Shown: positions 49,354 to 58,896 of the stretch, one piece after another | Position numbering within the stretch: the stretch's first letter is position 1 | Layout of the letters: every line of letters begins with the position of its first letter | From: Promethearchaeota archaeon | GTDB taxonomy: Archaea; Asgardarchaeota; Lokiarchaeia; Sigyniarchaeales; SOKP01 | Assembly: GCA_048938895.1 (NCBI GenBank) | Contig: JBHLLU010000018.1 | Span: 1 to 64,000, forward strand | Direction of reading: 5' to 3' | Length of the DNA stretch: 64,000 nt | Program-made: the position numbers and the translations under genes | The notes under the pieces: generated by a model | What the model was told of the DNA's origin: nothing | Seen by the model: the letters and a program-made list of their open reading frames with translations, nothing else | Databases searched by the model: none

Positions 49354-50850
49354 ATGAATAAAGATATTTTATATCCAAAAAGTAATAGTATGACAGACGA
49401 GATCGAAGGAGAGGAAAAGGAAGATAAATCGGAAAAAGAAATTGAGAGAATAGATAAAGAATTTCTCTCAAAAGCTAAAAATTCAAGAGATATGATTGAT
49501 AAAAAGTTGAGAACATTCGAAGATACTATAGAAAATATATCAGAAACAATAACTAACGGCGAGAAAGAAGAAGATAAGGGAGAACGTGAGAAAGAAATAG
49601 AAGAAATTAGTGAAGAAATAAAAGAAGCACAACTTAAACTTGATTCAATATCAAAGAAAATTGATGATAAAGAAGAATACCTTGCTGCTATTGAAGATAC
49701 GATATCAGTGCTTGAAGATAAATACAATCGAAAAACAGAGGAAACGAAAAATTTAGAGGAAAGGTTTGAAATTACACAAGAAAGCAAGAACAATCTTGAT
49801 GAAGAATATAAAGAATTATTAAGAAATAATGAACAACTTGTAAAGACTTATGAAAGTAGACAAGTAGACCTAATTGTTCTTACAGACTCCGTTAAAGAAA
49901 AAGTTGCCACTCAAGATGAATTAAGAACTAAAATTTCAAAATTGAATCAAGAAATTTTGGAAAACGAATCAAAACTAGAAAAGCAAAGAGAAGAATCAGA
50001 AGCATTAGAAAAAAAGATAAAAAGCCAGAGTGCTGAAAATGAAACATTAAGATTTTATCTAAATAAGAATAAAGTTGAACTAGAGCATTCTAATTCCGAA
50101 ATTCAAGCAAAAGAAGAAGAAAAGAAACTTTTAACAGAACAGATTGAGAAAAAAGAAACAAGAATAAAAGAGATTGAACAAAGAATTGAGGACTATCACG
50201 ATGGGTTTCCAGAAATGGAAAAACAAAGGGAAACCTACGAAGAACTACTGGCTAAATATAAAATACAACTTGCAGACAAACAACAACAATTGATTGATAT
50301 GGAATCTCGAATTCAAGAATTAAAAGAATCTAATGAATCTTTAAATGAACAAATTACTACTAAGCAAAATTTAATAGAAGTAAATGAGAAGAGGATTGAA
50401 GATCTTAAGAAGGATATTGAGACCTCAAATATAGAATATCTTGAAAGAGAAGATCGACTTAATGCGTTAACTGAAAAATATAAGCGTATGGAATCAGATC
50501 ATGAAAAATTAAAGAAAGCTAAAGAGGCAATTGAAAGTAGTACGAATGATTCTCGTATTATACTACAACAATTGAAGGAAGAATTAGAAAATCAAGAAAA
50601 GGAGATTAGAGATAAAGAAAGCCGGATTCACAGATTAGAAATTTTATCAGCCATTTATAGAGCATCTAAATTTTTTGGTGGAATATTGATAGGAGTTGGA
50701 ATATTTTTTGCGATATGGATTATTGGAATATTCTTCAATATTATAGATGTAGGAGAAATAAATGTGAATACATTCTTAATGGTGATTTTTCTTTTAGTGG
50801 GATCTATTCTCTCAATAATATCTGGGATATTCCACCTTGAAAAATCATAG
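49354..50850 (+). CDS. Long coiled-coil protein with C-terminal two-TM anchor
   Basis: About 430 aa of E/K-rich heptads, then two hydrophobic helices; start may be ATG at 49390. Confidence 0.8.
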   Translation: MNKDILYPKSNSMTDEIEGEEKEDKSEKEIERIDKEFLSKAKNSRDMIDKKLRTFEDTIENISETITNGEKEEDKGEREKEIEEISEEIKEAQLKLDSISKKIDDKEEYLAAIEDTISVLEDKYNRKTEETKNLEERFEITQESKNNLDEEYKELLRNNEQLVKTYESRQVDLIVLTDSVKEKVATQDELRTKISKLNQEILENESKLEKQREESEALEKKIKSQSAENETLRFYLNKNKVELEHSNSEIQAKEEEKKLLTEQIEKKETRIKEIEQRIEDYHDGFPEMEKQRETYEELLAKYKIQLADKQQQLIDMESRIQELKESNESLNEQITTKQNLIEVNEKRIEDLKKDIETSNIEYLEREDRLNALTEKYKRMESDHEKLKKAKEAIESSTNDSRIILQQLKEELENQEKEIRDKESRIHRLEILSAIYRASKFFGGILIGVGIFFAIWIIGIFFNIIDVGEINVNTFLMVIFLLVGSILSIISGIFHLEKS

Positions 50851-52774
50851 TTTAGAATTATATTATAAAACTCTAAAATTTAATAATTTAAAATTGACTG
50901 AAAAAGAACAAGAAGGAATTACTCCCTCAAAATCGATAAGCTTATCATCAGGAATTCTTTATGGAATAGGTTGTGGAATTGGGGGATCAGTATTTATATT
51001 ATTAGGAACAGCTATAGATCAAGCACAATCTGGTGTTTTGATTAGTTTGATTTTGGGAGGCATTTTAATTTTTATCACTGCTTTAAATATTAGTGAATTA
51101 TCAACTAGCTTACCTATCTCTGGGGGCACCTATAACTTTAGTAAGGAAGCTTTAGGTGGATTTTTAGCATTTATAATTGGATTTTTTTTATGGATCGCTA
51201 ATATCGGAACATTTTCTTTTTCTGCTCAAGCTTTTATAGTTGTTCTAGAAGGATTTTTTCCATTACCTGTAATGAAAAATATTTTTATTATCATAGCAAT
51301 TTTATCAATTTTTTTTACAGTTTTAATTATATATAGAACTCAAAAATTAGCTATGAAGACATTTATAAGTTTAACTATAGTTTTGTTAATCTTATTCAGC
51401 ATTTTTATCGTATCTGGTCTTTTTATCGCCCCTTTTAGTAATTCTTCAAATTATGATACAAAATTTTTAACTTCAAATACAGATTTAATAAGCGTCGTTC
51501 TTATGTTCTCTCTTCTCTTTATCTTTTTTGCCAGTATCATTACAAATTTAGCTTATTTAACTGTTAATCTGAAAAATCCTTCAAAGAATATCCCAAAAAC
51601 AAATATTTTTGCAGTCCTTATAACACTTGGTATCTATTTACTCATTACAATTGTGTCATTGATTAATATTGGTAGTAATTCTGGAGACTCCCCAATATTT
51701 TTAGCTTTGATTCTTAATGATATATTGGGATTTTTCGGATACTTATTAATGGGTATAGCTTTCACGATTTCGATCTTTATTGCAATGAATGCCGCTTTAG
51801 GATCAGCTGTGAGTGTATTACATGCTTTAGCGAGAGATCACTATGTATCCCAAAAACTATTGAAAAAAAATGAGAAAACAGGTATTCATACGTTAGCATT
51901 AATAATTACTTCAGGAATTGCCTTTTTTTTCACTATTTTAGCAATAGTCTTCGCTGATGTAGGTTTTACAGCTAACATTACAACTTTTATTTACTTTTTT
52001 GGATTAGCTTTTGTTAATTTTGCGGCAGTGAATCTTAGATATAAGAGAAAAGAGTTAGATCGCCCATTTAAAGCCCCTTTTTTTCCATATTTACCATTAA
52101 TTGTAGGTTTTGCTTGTTTGATTTTAGCTTTTGTTCTGAGTATTAATGCAGTTCTTTTAGGATTAATTATTTTTGTAGTGGGTATCACATATTATTTATT
52201 GACAATTGCAGATCGACATTCAGTAATTTTTACCTTAGCAGGTATGAAATTTTTCGCATTTATTATTGTAGGAATTTTTATCTGGATTGTTAATAATCAA
52301 AGTATATTGATATCTCCTTCAAGAGGATTTGTGAATATTTTTTCTTTTGTTCTATTACGTATTCTTATTTTCATCTGCATATTTTCAATCGCAACGATAT
52401 TTCTAGATATATTTCCACTTAAAGAATTAGTATTTTTCTTTATAAAAAGAGTAAATAAGAAGGAAGTAGCTATAGATGTAGGTGTTGGTAGGATTATTGA
52501 ACTAAAGAAACTTAAATCAAAATTAATATATTACATCAATTTAATTATAGCCCTTATCCAGATAGCCTCTTCAATTTTTATTTTTACTTTAATTTCTTTA
52601 TTTTCTTTAGAAATTATTTCTATAGATAGTGTTACTTTTGGTACCACTGAAATTCCTCAGAACACAGCTGAATTCCTTTTCAATGCAATTCTATTGTTTT
52701 TTGGTACAACTTTATTACTTGGCGGTGTTTTTAGTATATTTCTAAATCGAGAAACAAAATCCCTTGGCATTTAG
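50837..52774 (+). CDS. APC-family amino acid permease with extra C-terminal TM segments
   Basis: IGGSVF, ELST.LP.SGG.Y, KNP.KNIP, RPFKAP..P; additional TMs after the core. Confidence 0.85.
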   Translation: MKNHSLELYYKTLKFNNLKLTEKEQEGITPSKSISLSSGILYGIGCGIGGSVFILLGTAIDQAQSGVLISLILGGILIFITALNISELSTSLPISGGTYNFSKEALGGFLAFIIGFFLWIANIGTFSFSAQAFIVVLEGFFPLPVMKNIFIIIAILSIFFTVLIIYRTQKLAMKTFISLTIVLLILFSIFIVSGLFIAPFSNSSNYDTKFLTSNTDLISVVLMFSLLFIFFASIITNLAYLTVNLKNPSKNIPKTNIFAVLITLGIYLLITIVSLINIGSNSGDSPIFLALILNDILGFFGYLLMGIAFTISIFIAMNAALGSAVSVLHALARDHYVSQKLLKKNEKTGIHTLALIITSGIAFFFTILAIVFADVGFTANITTFIYFFGLAFVNFAAVNLRYKRKELDRPFKAPFFPYLPLIVGFACLILAFVLSINAVLLGLIIFVVGITYYLLTIADRHSVIFTLAGMKFFAFIIVGIFIWIVNNQSILISPSRGFVNIFSFVLLRILIFICIFSIATIFLDIFPLKELVFFFIKRVNKKEVAIDVGVGRIIELKKLKSKLIYYINLIIALIQIASSIFIFTLISLFSLEIISIDSVTFGTTEIPQNTAEFLFNAILLFFGTTLLLGGVFSIFLNRETKSLGI

Positions 52775-53564
52775 ACCATCACCGATCTATTCCACAAAGG
52801 AGAAGTTATATATGAAAAAATTCCCTAAAATTAACCTCCATATTCATTCCGATTTCTCTGATGGAAAAAATAGCATAATGCAAATAGTCCAAAGTGCATT
52901 AAAATCAGATTTAGAATATATTGCGGTAACAGATCATTTCACTGATTCTTGGAAAGAATGGGTGTCAAGTTTAAAGAACGAAGAAAAAGTTTCAGAATAT
53001 TTAAGAGAATTATTTCAAGCCCAAAATTTCTTAAAATTTAAAAAGAAGAAATTAATGCTTCTTAAAGGTCTTGAAATAGATCTTTCAAGCTCTGAAAATT
53101 TTATAAGAAAGATTCACCCTTCCAGATTTGATCTAATCTTATTTGAGTACCTTGAAAATGTTGAAACCTTAGCTTTTTTAAAGAATATTCTTACTTTTTG
53201 GAAGAAAAAATCAAGTAATATGGTGAATTTTCCAATTTTAGGATTAGCACATTTCGATCCATCCTTTTTTATCTACGACAACTTAGACATATTAATTTAC
53301 TTTCTTAAGGATAATAATATATATTTTGAATTCAACCCAAGGTACCCCAATTATTATTCACGTAGAAATTTAAGATTCTTCGAAGAAATAAAAGATGCTA
53401 ATATCCCTGTTGGAATAGGATGTGACTCTCATAAGAATATTAATTTAGATCATATACAGGAACCGCTAGAGATGATTTCTTATTATAATTTAGAAAATAA
53501 CTTTCAGATACTTTTAGATATTTTGAGAAATAAATTTAATGTTTTTGCTGAGAATAGTAGCTAA
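52764..53564 (+). CDS. PHP-domain phosphoesterase
   Basis: NLHIHSDFSDG, TDH, GLE, AH, CDSH; start probably ATG at 52812. Confidence 0.88.
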   Translation: MAFRPSPIYSTKEKLYMKKFPKINLHIHSDFSDGKNSIMQIVQSALKSDLEYIAVTDHFTDSWKEWVSSLKNEEKVSEYLRELFQAQNFLKFKKKKLMLLKGLEIDLSSSENFIRKIHPSRFDLILFEYLENVETLAFLKNILTFWKKKSSNMVNFPILGLAHFDPSFFIYDNLDILIYFLKDNNIYFEFNPRYPNYYSRRNLRFFEEIKDANIPVGIGCDSHKNINLDHIQEPLEMISYYNLENNFQILLDILRNKFNVFAENSS

Positions 53565-53940
53565 GAAAGAACCTAAACGCTCTTTCAAATGAAATATCAA
53601 TCAGATTTTCATCTTTATCTTTAGGATTTGATACAATATCCTTTATAAATCCTTTACCGATACTAAATATTTCTTTTATCGCATTTAATCTTTTACTGAT
53701 TGGCATAACTGCTATTTTTTCTATACTATTATTATATAAAGATTCCCATTCTCTCAAAGCTTTCAAAGCGATACCTTTCATTGCTAACTCAGGAATATCT
53801 ATAAACTCACAGATAATTTTGGATAATCCCCGAATTAGTTTTGAATAAGTACCTGAAAATAGATCCCTCTTATAATCTTGCTCAATACTCTTAAGTGCAA
53901 TTTGATCAAATTTTACTGCTTGAGAGATTATAATCCCCAA
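53536..53940 (-). CDS. Hypothetical helical protein
   Basis: 134-aa ORF with protein-like composition, convergent with the PHP gene; no motif recognised. Confidence 0.55.
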   Translation of the reverse strand: MGIIISQAVKFDQIALKSIEQDYKRDLFSGTYSKLIRGLSKIICEFIDIPELAMKGIALKALREWESLYNNSIEKIAVMPISKRLNAIKEIFSIGKGFIKDIVSNPKDKDENLIDISFERAFRFFLSYYSQQKH

Positions 53941-54088
53941 CTCCTAATTATCTAAATATATAATCTGTGACTACAGAGATATAAATCTGCTGATTTTTTA
54001 TTTATATCAATATATTTAAACCACTTTCTTTTCATAGTTCAAATAGCTTTGAAGCATTTCAAAAATCTTTTTAAATCCTTTTTATTTA

Positions 54089-54856
54089 ATGTTTTTTATG
54101 AGTTTAGAAGAAAAAATTGATCTAGCATCAAAATGGATCATAGAGTCAGAACGGTTAGTTGTCTTTACTGGGGCAGGGTGCTCAACTGGAAGCGGTATCC
54201 CCGATTTTCGTGGTCCAGATGGATTATGGACTAGAAGAGATAAAGGATTACCCCCTCCAAAACCAAAAGTTCCTTGGGATCTGGCGGAACCTAATGCTAA
54301 TCATTTTTCAATAGTAGAGTTATTGGAAATGGGAAAATTAGATTATCTTATCTCCCAAAATATTGATGGGTTTCATGCTAAATCGGGTATTCCCTTTGAG
54401 ATTATGAGTGAACTTCATGGTAATCGGTTTTTCATGAAATGCCTTTCATGTAATAAGAAAATGTTATTTGAAGAAGCGGGATGGGATAAAGATGTTTGGG
54501 GTCGTGGAATGAGGAAGGATCCTGTCCGAGAAGGGCAACCAAAATGTCCGCATTGTGAAGGAAGGTTAATTAACAGTATTGTAGACTTTGGCGATCCTTT
54601 ACCCTACGATGAGCTTCAAGAAGCTATTGTACGTTCTCAAAACTCTGATGTGTTTTTTGTAGTAGGATCATCGTTAGTAGTTAACCCCGCAGCCAGTATG
54701 CCAGGAATTGCTAAACAAAACGGGGCAAGACTGATTATCATTAATAAGGGTGATACGCCTTATGATATGGTTGCAGACATCAAATTTGATGAAAAAATCG
54801 AAGATGTTCTTCCAGGGATAATGGAACGAGTAAGAAGTGCTGTAGAAAAAAATTAA
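54089..54856 (+). CDS. NAD-dependent sirtuin deacylase (SIRT6/7-like architecture)
   Basis: GAG.ST.SGIPDFRGP.G.WT, SQNIDG.H, ELHGN, CxxC...CxxC, FGD.LP, GSSL.V.PAA. Confidence 0.93.
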   Translation: MFFMSLEEKIDLASKWIIESERLVVFTGAGCSTGSGIPDFRGPDGLWTRRDKGLPPPKPKVPWDLAEPNANHFSIVELLEMGKLDYLISQNIDGFHAKSGIPFEIMSELHGNRFFMKCLSCNKKMLFEEAGWDKDVWGRGMRKDPVREGQPKCPHCEGRLINSIVDFGDPLPYDELQEAIVRSQNSDVFFVVGSSLVVNPAASMPGIAKQNGARLIIINKGDTPYDMVADIKFDEKIEDVLPGIMERVRSAVEKN

Positions 54857-54879
54857 TATTCCTTACTAAAATATTTAAT

Positions 54880-55713
54880 GTGCTATTTTTGATGAGATCC
54901 CTCGAGAAAAATCAAGGCAAAAAGATAAAAAAGTTTATTTATAACAACGGGAGACTTCTTGAAAGAAAACTATTTTCATATTTTTTCGAAAATGGAAAAA
55001 AGATTGATGTTATCAATGCGTTAGTGGCATATCAGAATAATGATGGAGGTTTTGGGAATGGAATTGAACCAGATATATTATGCCCAGATAGCACTGCTAT
55101 TGGAGCTGAGATCGCTATGTATATTCTTGATCTTCTTGAATGGAAAGACAATGATATTACAGATAAATTAATTAATTGGATTATTACCAAACAGAATGAA
55201 AAGGGATATATTAATCATCCTCCTAAGAATATGTATAATTATCCCTATCAAGAATGGTGGGGTGGTCCTGATGATATTAGAATACTCGCTATATCTGGAT
55301 ATCTTAAAAAATGGGATTTGAATATCCCTGATTTCTTCGGAAAAGTTAAAACTTTTTATTCTAAATGCTCTATTCCCGAAGAATTTAAACTCTATGATTA
55401 TCCTTACTTTATATATCTAAAATACTTAGGGAAGGGTAAAGAGGAGAAAGAGACATTTCAAACGCTTATTACCCAAATTCCCAGTATTCTTGAAAAAAAT
55501 AAAGAACATTATCTTTTATTTAGTAAACATTGGTATGATTCCCTTGAATTTTTAGATAACGAAGTAATAGAAATTGAAGTAAATAATTTCTTTAATGGTC
55601 TTCAAGACGATGGTGGTCTTAAAATAGTTTACCAGAACTTACCTTGGTGGAGACCTATATGGACTTTAGACGGGTTAATATTATTAAAGAAGTCAGGTAT
55701 GATTGAATTTTAA
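54880..55713 (+). CDS. Conserved hypothetical alpha/alpha-barrel (terpene-cyclase-like repeat) protein
   Basis: GRLLE...F..G, YQN.DGGFG.G.EPD, LQDDGG...W. Confidence 0.7.
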   Translation: MLFLMRSLEKNQGKKIKKFIYNNGRLLERKLFSYFFENGKKIDVINALVAYQNNDGGFGNGIEPDILCPDSTAIGAEIAMYILDLLEWKDNDITDKLINWIITKQNEKGYINHPPKNMYNYPYQEWWGGPDDIRILAISGYLKKWDLNIPDFFGKVKTFYSKCSIPEEFKLYDYPYFIYLKYLGKGKEEKETFQTLITQIPSILEKNKEHYLLFSKHWYDSLEFLDNEVIEIEVNNFFNGLQDDGGLKIVYQNLPWWRPIWTLDGLILLKKSGMIEF

Positions 55714-55847
55714 CTTATAATTAATTTTATTTTAATTTAGCAAATATATCATACCTTTCAATAATAAATACTTTTTATGAACCAATTAATCAATGGAATT
55801 TTCAGATTTCCTACAAAAATATATAAACAACTATAATAATAATTATT

Positions 55848-55985
55848 TTAATACTAAGAAATTCAATTTACAAAAAAAAATGATTAGACTATGACTAAAA
55901 GTTTTCAATTTGCATGAAGAAAATGATTAGATCATGACTTAACATTTCCATTTAACATAAAAAAAATGATTAGAACATGATTAAA
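55848..55985 (+). repeat. Imperfect tandem direct repeat with 43-bp period, three copies of aaaaTGATTAGAnnATGAnT plus a partial upstream copy
   Basis: TGATTAGA at 55881, 55924 and 55967; ATG at 55891, 55934 and 55977, the last being the gene start. Confidence 0.8.
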
Positions 55986-58607
55986 AACAAACTTTTGATT
56001 AGTATATTGACATTTTTGTTAATAGGCAGTATTATTATCCAAATTGTATCACTTCCAACAAATAATTATATGCAAACTAAGATTAAAGAGAAAGATGACA
56101 TTCCGATAAATGAAATTGAACCAATAGACCTTGGGATTCTCCAACGAAATTATAAAGCTGACGGATCAATTATGGAGGTAGAAGAAGGTATTAATCAAGC
56201 AGATTCAACAACCCCCGGTGTTGAATTGGGAGATCATCCATTAGGGATAGATCAAATTCGATTTATTCCTAATAATGAATTAGCATTTGTTTGTCCAGGA
56301 TTACCAGATTTTGTTAATCTAAATGATGTAAAGATCAAGCTACTTGAAAATGGAATTGCTTCACCCCCTTATCAGAATATGTTGGATATACCTTGTAGTT
56401 ATGAAGCCACAGGAGGACAAGTTGTGGATGCAACAAGTGGAGATGTTGATGGTGATATGAAAGATGAACTTGTAATAATTGATGAATACGGAAGAGTCCG
56501 GATTTATAAATACAATTCGACTTTAAAGAAGTTTAACATTACTCAATATGATCTAGATATAAGTGAAGAACATTATTTTTATAGTCTTTCTCTGAATCAA
56601 TTTAATACAGATCTAGGTTTAGAAATAGTAATTGGATGTGGTTATGGAGAAAAAATCCAAATCTGGGATCCAGTGAATGCTGTAGGCAATTATTATAGCC
56701 CAGGTGTACAAACAACTATAAATGGAGAATACGGTGGTATTGCTGAATTCCATATTACTGAAAATACAAACCTTATGGATTTAGAAACTGGAGATTTTAA
56801 TGGAAATGGGTTCCCTGATATTGTTACTCTCGCAATGGATGGAGATTTATTAGCATTTGAATTTAACTCAGGAGTTATAAACCAATTATGTGGAGTCGAA
56901 TTGAGTAGTGGTGATTGGCAAGGTTATCCCCATAATTTCCCAATGGGTCTAGCTACCGGAGATTTTAATGGAGATTCTCGGTTAGATATAGCTGTTATGG
57001 TGTGTGATGTTGCAGGTAGTCCTGAGGATATATATCATTGTGAATATTATTACGTTCAAACTGTTTATTGGAAAGGATTTTCAGCAGGAGGTGAGGACTT
57101 TGTGGATTTAGGTGAGATGGATATGGCACTTTACAATGTCTTTTTTCCTTCAATTGGAGCGGGTGATATTGATGGGGATGGACTATCTGAAACAGTATTA
57201 GTTGGGAAAAGTGGATATGGTATAGAAGGGGAGTCATGGGTCGTGTTGATTTTTGATGATTGGGCTATTCCCCAAACATCTCCAATAGTAACCTTTTCTG
57301 GTGAATCACAATGTCCTTGGGCTGCAAAATCCTTCTCTTTTTCTGATGTAGATTTGGATGGGATTGATGAAATTTGTTTTTCAAGTGTCGAGAAATATGG
57401 AAATATTTACGAGGAAAAATATTTAGAACAATTAGAAGGAAGAAATACATCTGTAGTTAAAATTAATACAGAAACAAATCCATGGACTGCTACGGTGTTA
57501 TTTTCAAGTACAGATATAATCGGATATCCCGTTCCAGGAGATTATGATGGGGATGCGGTTGTAATAGAATATTCTGGTCAACATTTCCCTCGAATAACAC
57601 CTCAAATCCCTATTTTTGTTTTGGCAGCACCACCTAATTATTTTGATCTAAATGGTGACGGTAGTGGTACTGCTGTATCAAAAGAAGAAACCACTTCAAT
57701 GGATGTGACCGAAAGATTTAGTGTTATGGCGGGAATGAGAGTTTCTTTTGAAACCGGATTTGAATTATTTGGCACAGGGTTAAAATTTAAAACTAGTTTA
57801 GAGGTCAATTATCAATTTTCTCAAACTCAAACTACTACACAAACTGAAACGATAGGTGTACGATATTCATCTGGTCATATGGAAAATCAGATCATTTGTA
57901 ATGCAATTGATTATGAATCTTATTTATATGTGGTAACAAAGCATCCAAAGTCAGAAATGATAGGAAAAAATATGTCAATAGATGTACCTATAAAAGCATC
58001 TATCTATAGTATTACAGAGTCTTTATATAATAGTGGTAATTCTACAAATTATATTGGTTCTGAAACTTATACACATACACCAGGAAAACCTGAAACTTAT
58101 CCTACCCGAGAAGAAGTAAATGCATTAGTAGGTGTTGTGAAGATTATTGACAAAATAGAAGTACCCCAGGGGACTGGTACCAGCTGTGGAAGTACATTAA
58201 AATATACAAGGGAAAATGCGAAATCTGTTGAAAAGGAACGTGCAATGCAACTAATTTTCTCAGCGGGTATGGAAGCAGGAGGCTTTGGGCTTGATATAAG
58301 TGTAGGTTTTGGTCTTTCTAGGGCTAATAAAGTCACTTATGGTGAAAGTATGACATATGAGGGTACAGTTGCATGTATCTCCGATGCTAATGATTGGATG
58401 AACCATAAATATTCATGGGGTCTCTTTATACAAAATATTGAACCAGATGAAGGTTTTTCATATCAATTGGTCCACTATTATGTAGAAGATGTTCTTAGTG
58501 ATGGTACTCCTTCCGAAGCAGTTCCAGGTTACAATCCAATTTTAGTTATTGGAGTATTGATCATTTCACTTATTGTCCTAATATATTTTAAAAAACCGAA
58601 AAAGTAA
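55977..58607 (+). CDS. Cell-surface FG-GAP/VCBS repeat protein with a Ser/Thr-rich beta-hairpin domain and Loki-CTERM anchor
   Basis: N-terminal signal; repeats GDVDGD..DEL, GDFNGNG..DI, GDFNGDS..DI, GDIDGDG..E, DVDLDG.DE, GDYDGD; C-terminal VPGY + TM + KKPKK. Confidence 0.85.
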   Translation: MIKNKLLISILTFLLIGSIIIQIVSLPTNNYMQTKIKEKDDIPINEIEPIDLGILQRNYKADGSIMEVEEGINQADSTTPGVELGDHPLGIDQIRFIPNNELAFVCPGLPDFVNLNDVKIKLLENGIASPPYQNMLDIPCSYEATGGQVVDATSGDVDGDMKDELVIIDEYGRVRIYKYNSTLKKFNITQYDLDISEEHYFYSLSLNQFNTDLGLEIVIGCGYGEKIQIWDPVNAVGNYYSPGVQTTINGEYGGIAEFHITENTNLMDLETGDFNGNGFPDIVTLAMDGDLLAFEFNSGVINQLCGVELSSGDWQGYPHNFPMGLATGDFNGDSRLDIAVMVCDVAGSPEDIYHCEYYYVQTVYWKGFSAGGEDFVDLGEMDMALYNVFFPSIGAGDIDGDGLSETVLVGKSGYGIEGESWVVLIFDDWAIPQTSPIVTFSGESQCPWAAKSFSFSDVDLDGIDEICFSSVEKYGNIYEEKYLEQLEGRNTSVVKINTETNPWTATVLFSSTDIIGYPVPGDYDGDAVVIEYSGQHFPRITPQIPIFVLAAPPNYFDLNGDGSGTAVSKEETTSMDVTERFSVMAGMRVSFETGFELFGTGLKFKTSLEVNYQFSQTQTTTQTETIGVRYSSGHMENQIICNAIDYESYLYVVTKHPKSEMIGKNMSIDVPIKASIYSITESLYNSGNSTNYIGSETYTHTPGKPETYPTREEVNALVGVVKIIDKIEVPQGTGTSCGSTLKYTRENAKSVEKERAMQLIFSAGMEAGGFGLDISVGFGLSRANKVTYGESMTYEGTVACISDANDWMNHKYSWGLFIQNIEPDEGFSYQLVHYYVEDVLSDGTPSEAVPGYNPILVIGVLIISLIVLIYFKKPKK

Positions 58608-58618
58608 AATCTATTAAC

Positions 58619-58665
58619 TTTTAATTCTTTTTTTCTTCTTTTTTTGTTGGATTATTTTTATTTTC
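58619..58665 (+). terminator. Oligo-T terminator candidate
   Basis: Long T-rich tract directly after the stop codon. Confidence 0.45.
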
Positions 58666-58896
58666 CCTTCATAAAGAAGAATATTCAAAATAAAATTCAC
58701 TAAATTATTCCTTATTAAATTTATTGGTAATTTAATTAATAGACACTAAATTTTAAAGAAATTTGGAGGAAAAATTTTAGAAATAGGATTTTTAATAATA
58801 ATATATTAGCAAATTCAAATAAAAACTTAGGGTTAATTATGGTAGTCTATTTTGCAATTATTGCAAAAATAAATGGAATAATAGATTTTAAATAAA

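Noticed and set aside
49350-49793. 147-aa Ser-rich minus-strand ORF
   Set aside because: Mirror of the GAA/AAA-rich coiled-coil gene on the plus strand
49354-50850. SMC/Rad50 assignment for the coiled-coil protein
   Set aside because: No Walker A/B motifs, hinge or zinc hook; it ends in TM helices
55848-55985. 43-bp periodic repeats as a CRISPR array
   Set aside because: Only three degenerate copies, the intervening sequences resemble each other rather than being unique spacers, the period is too short, and there are no cas genes in the window
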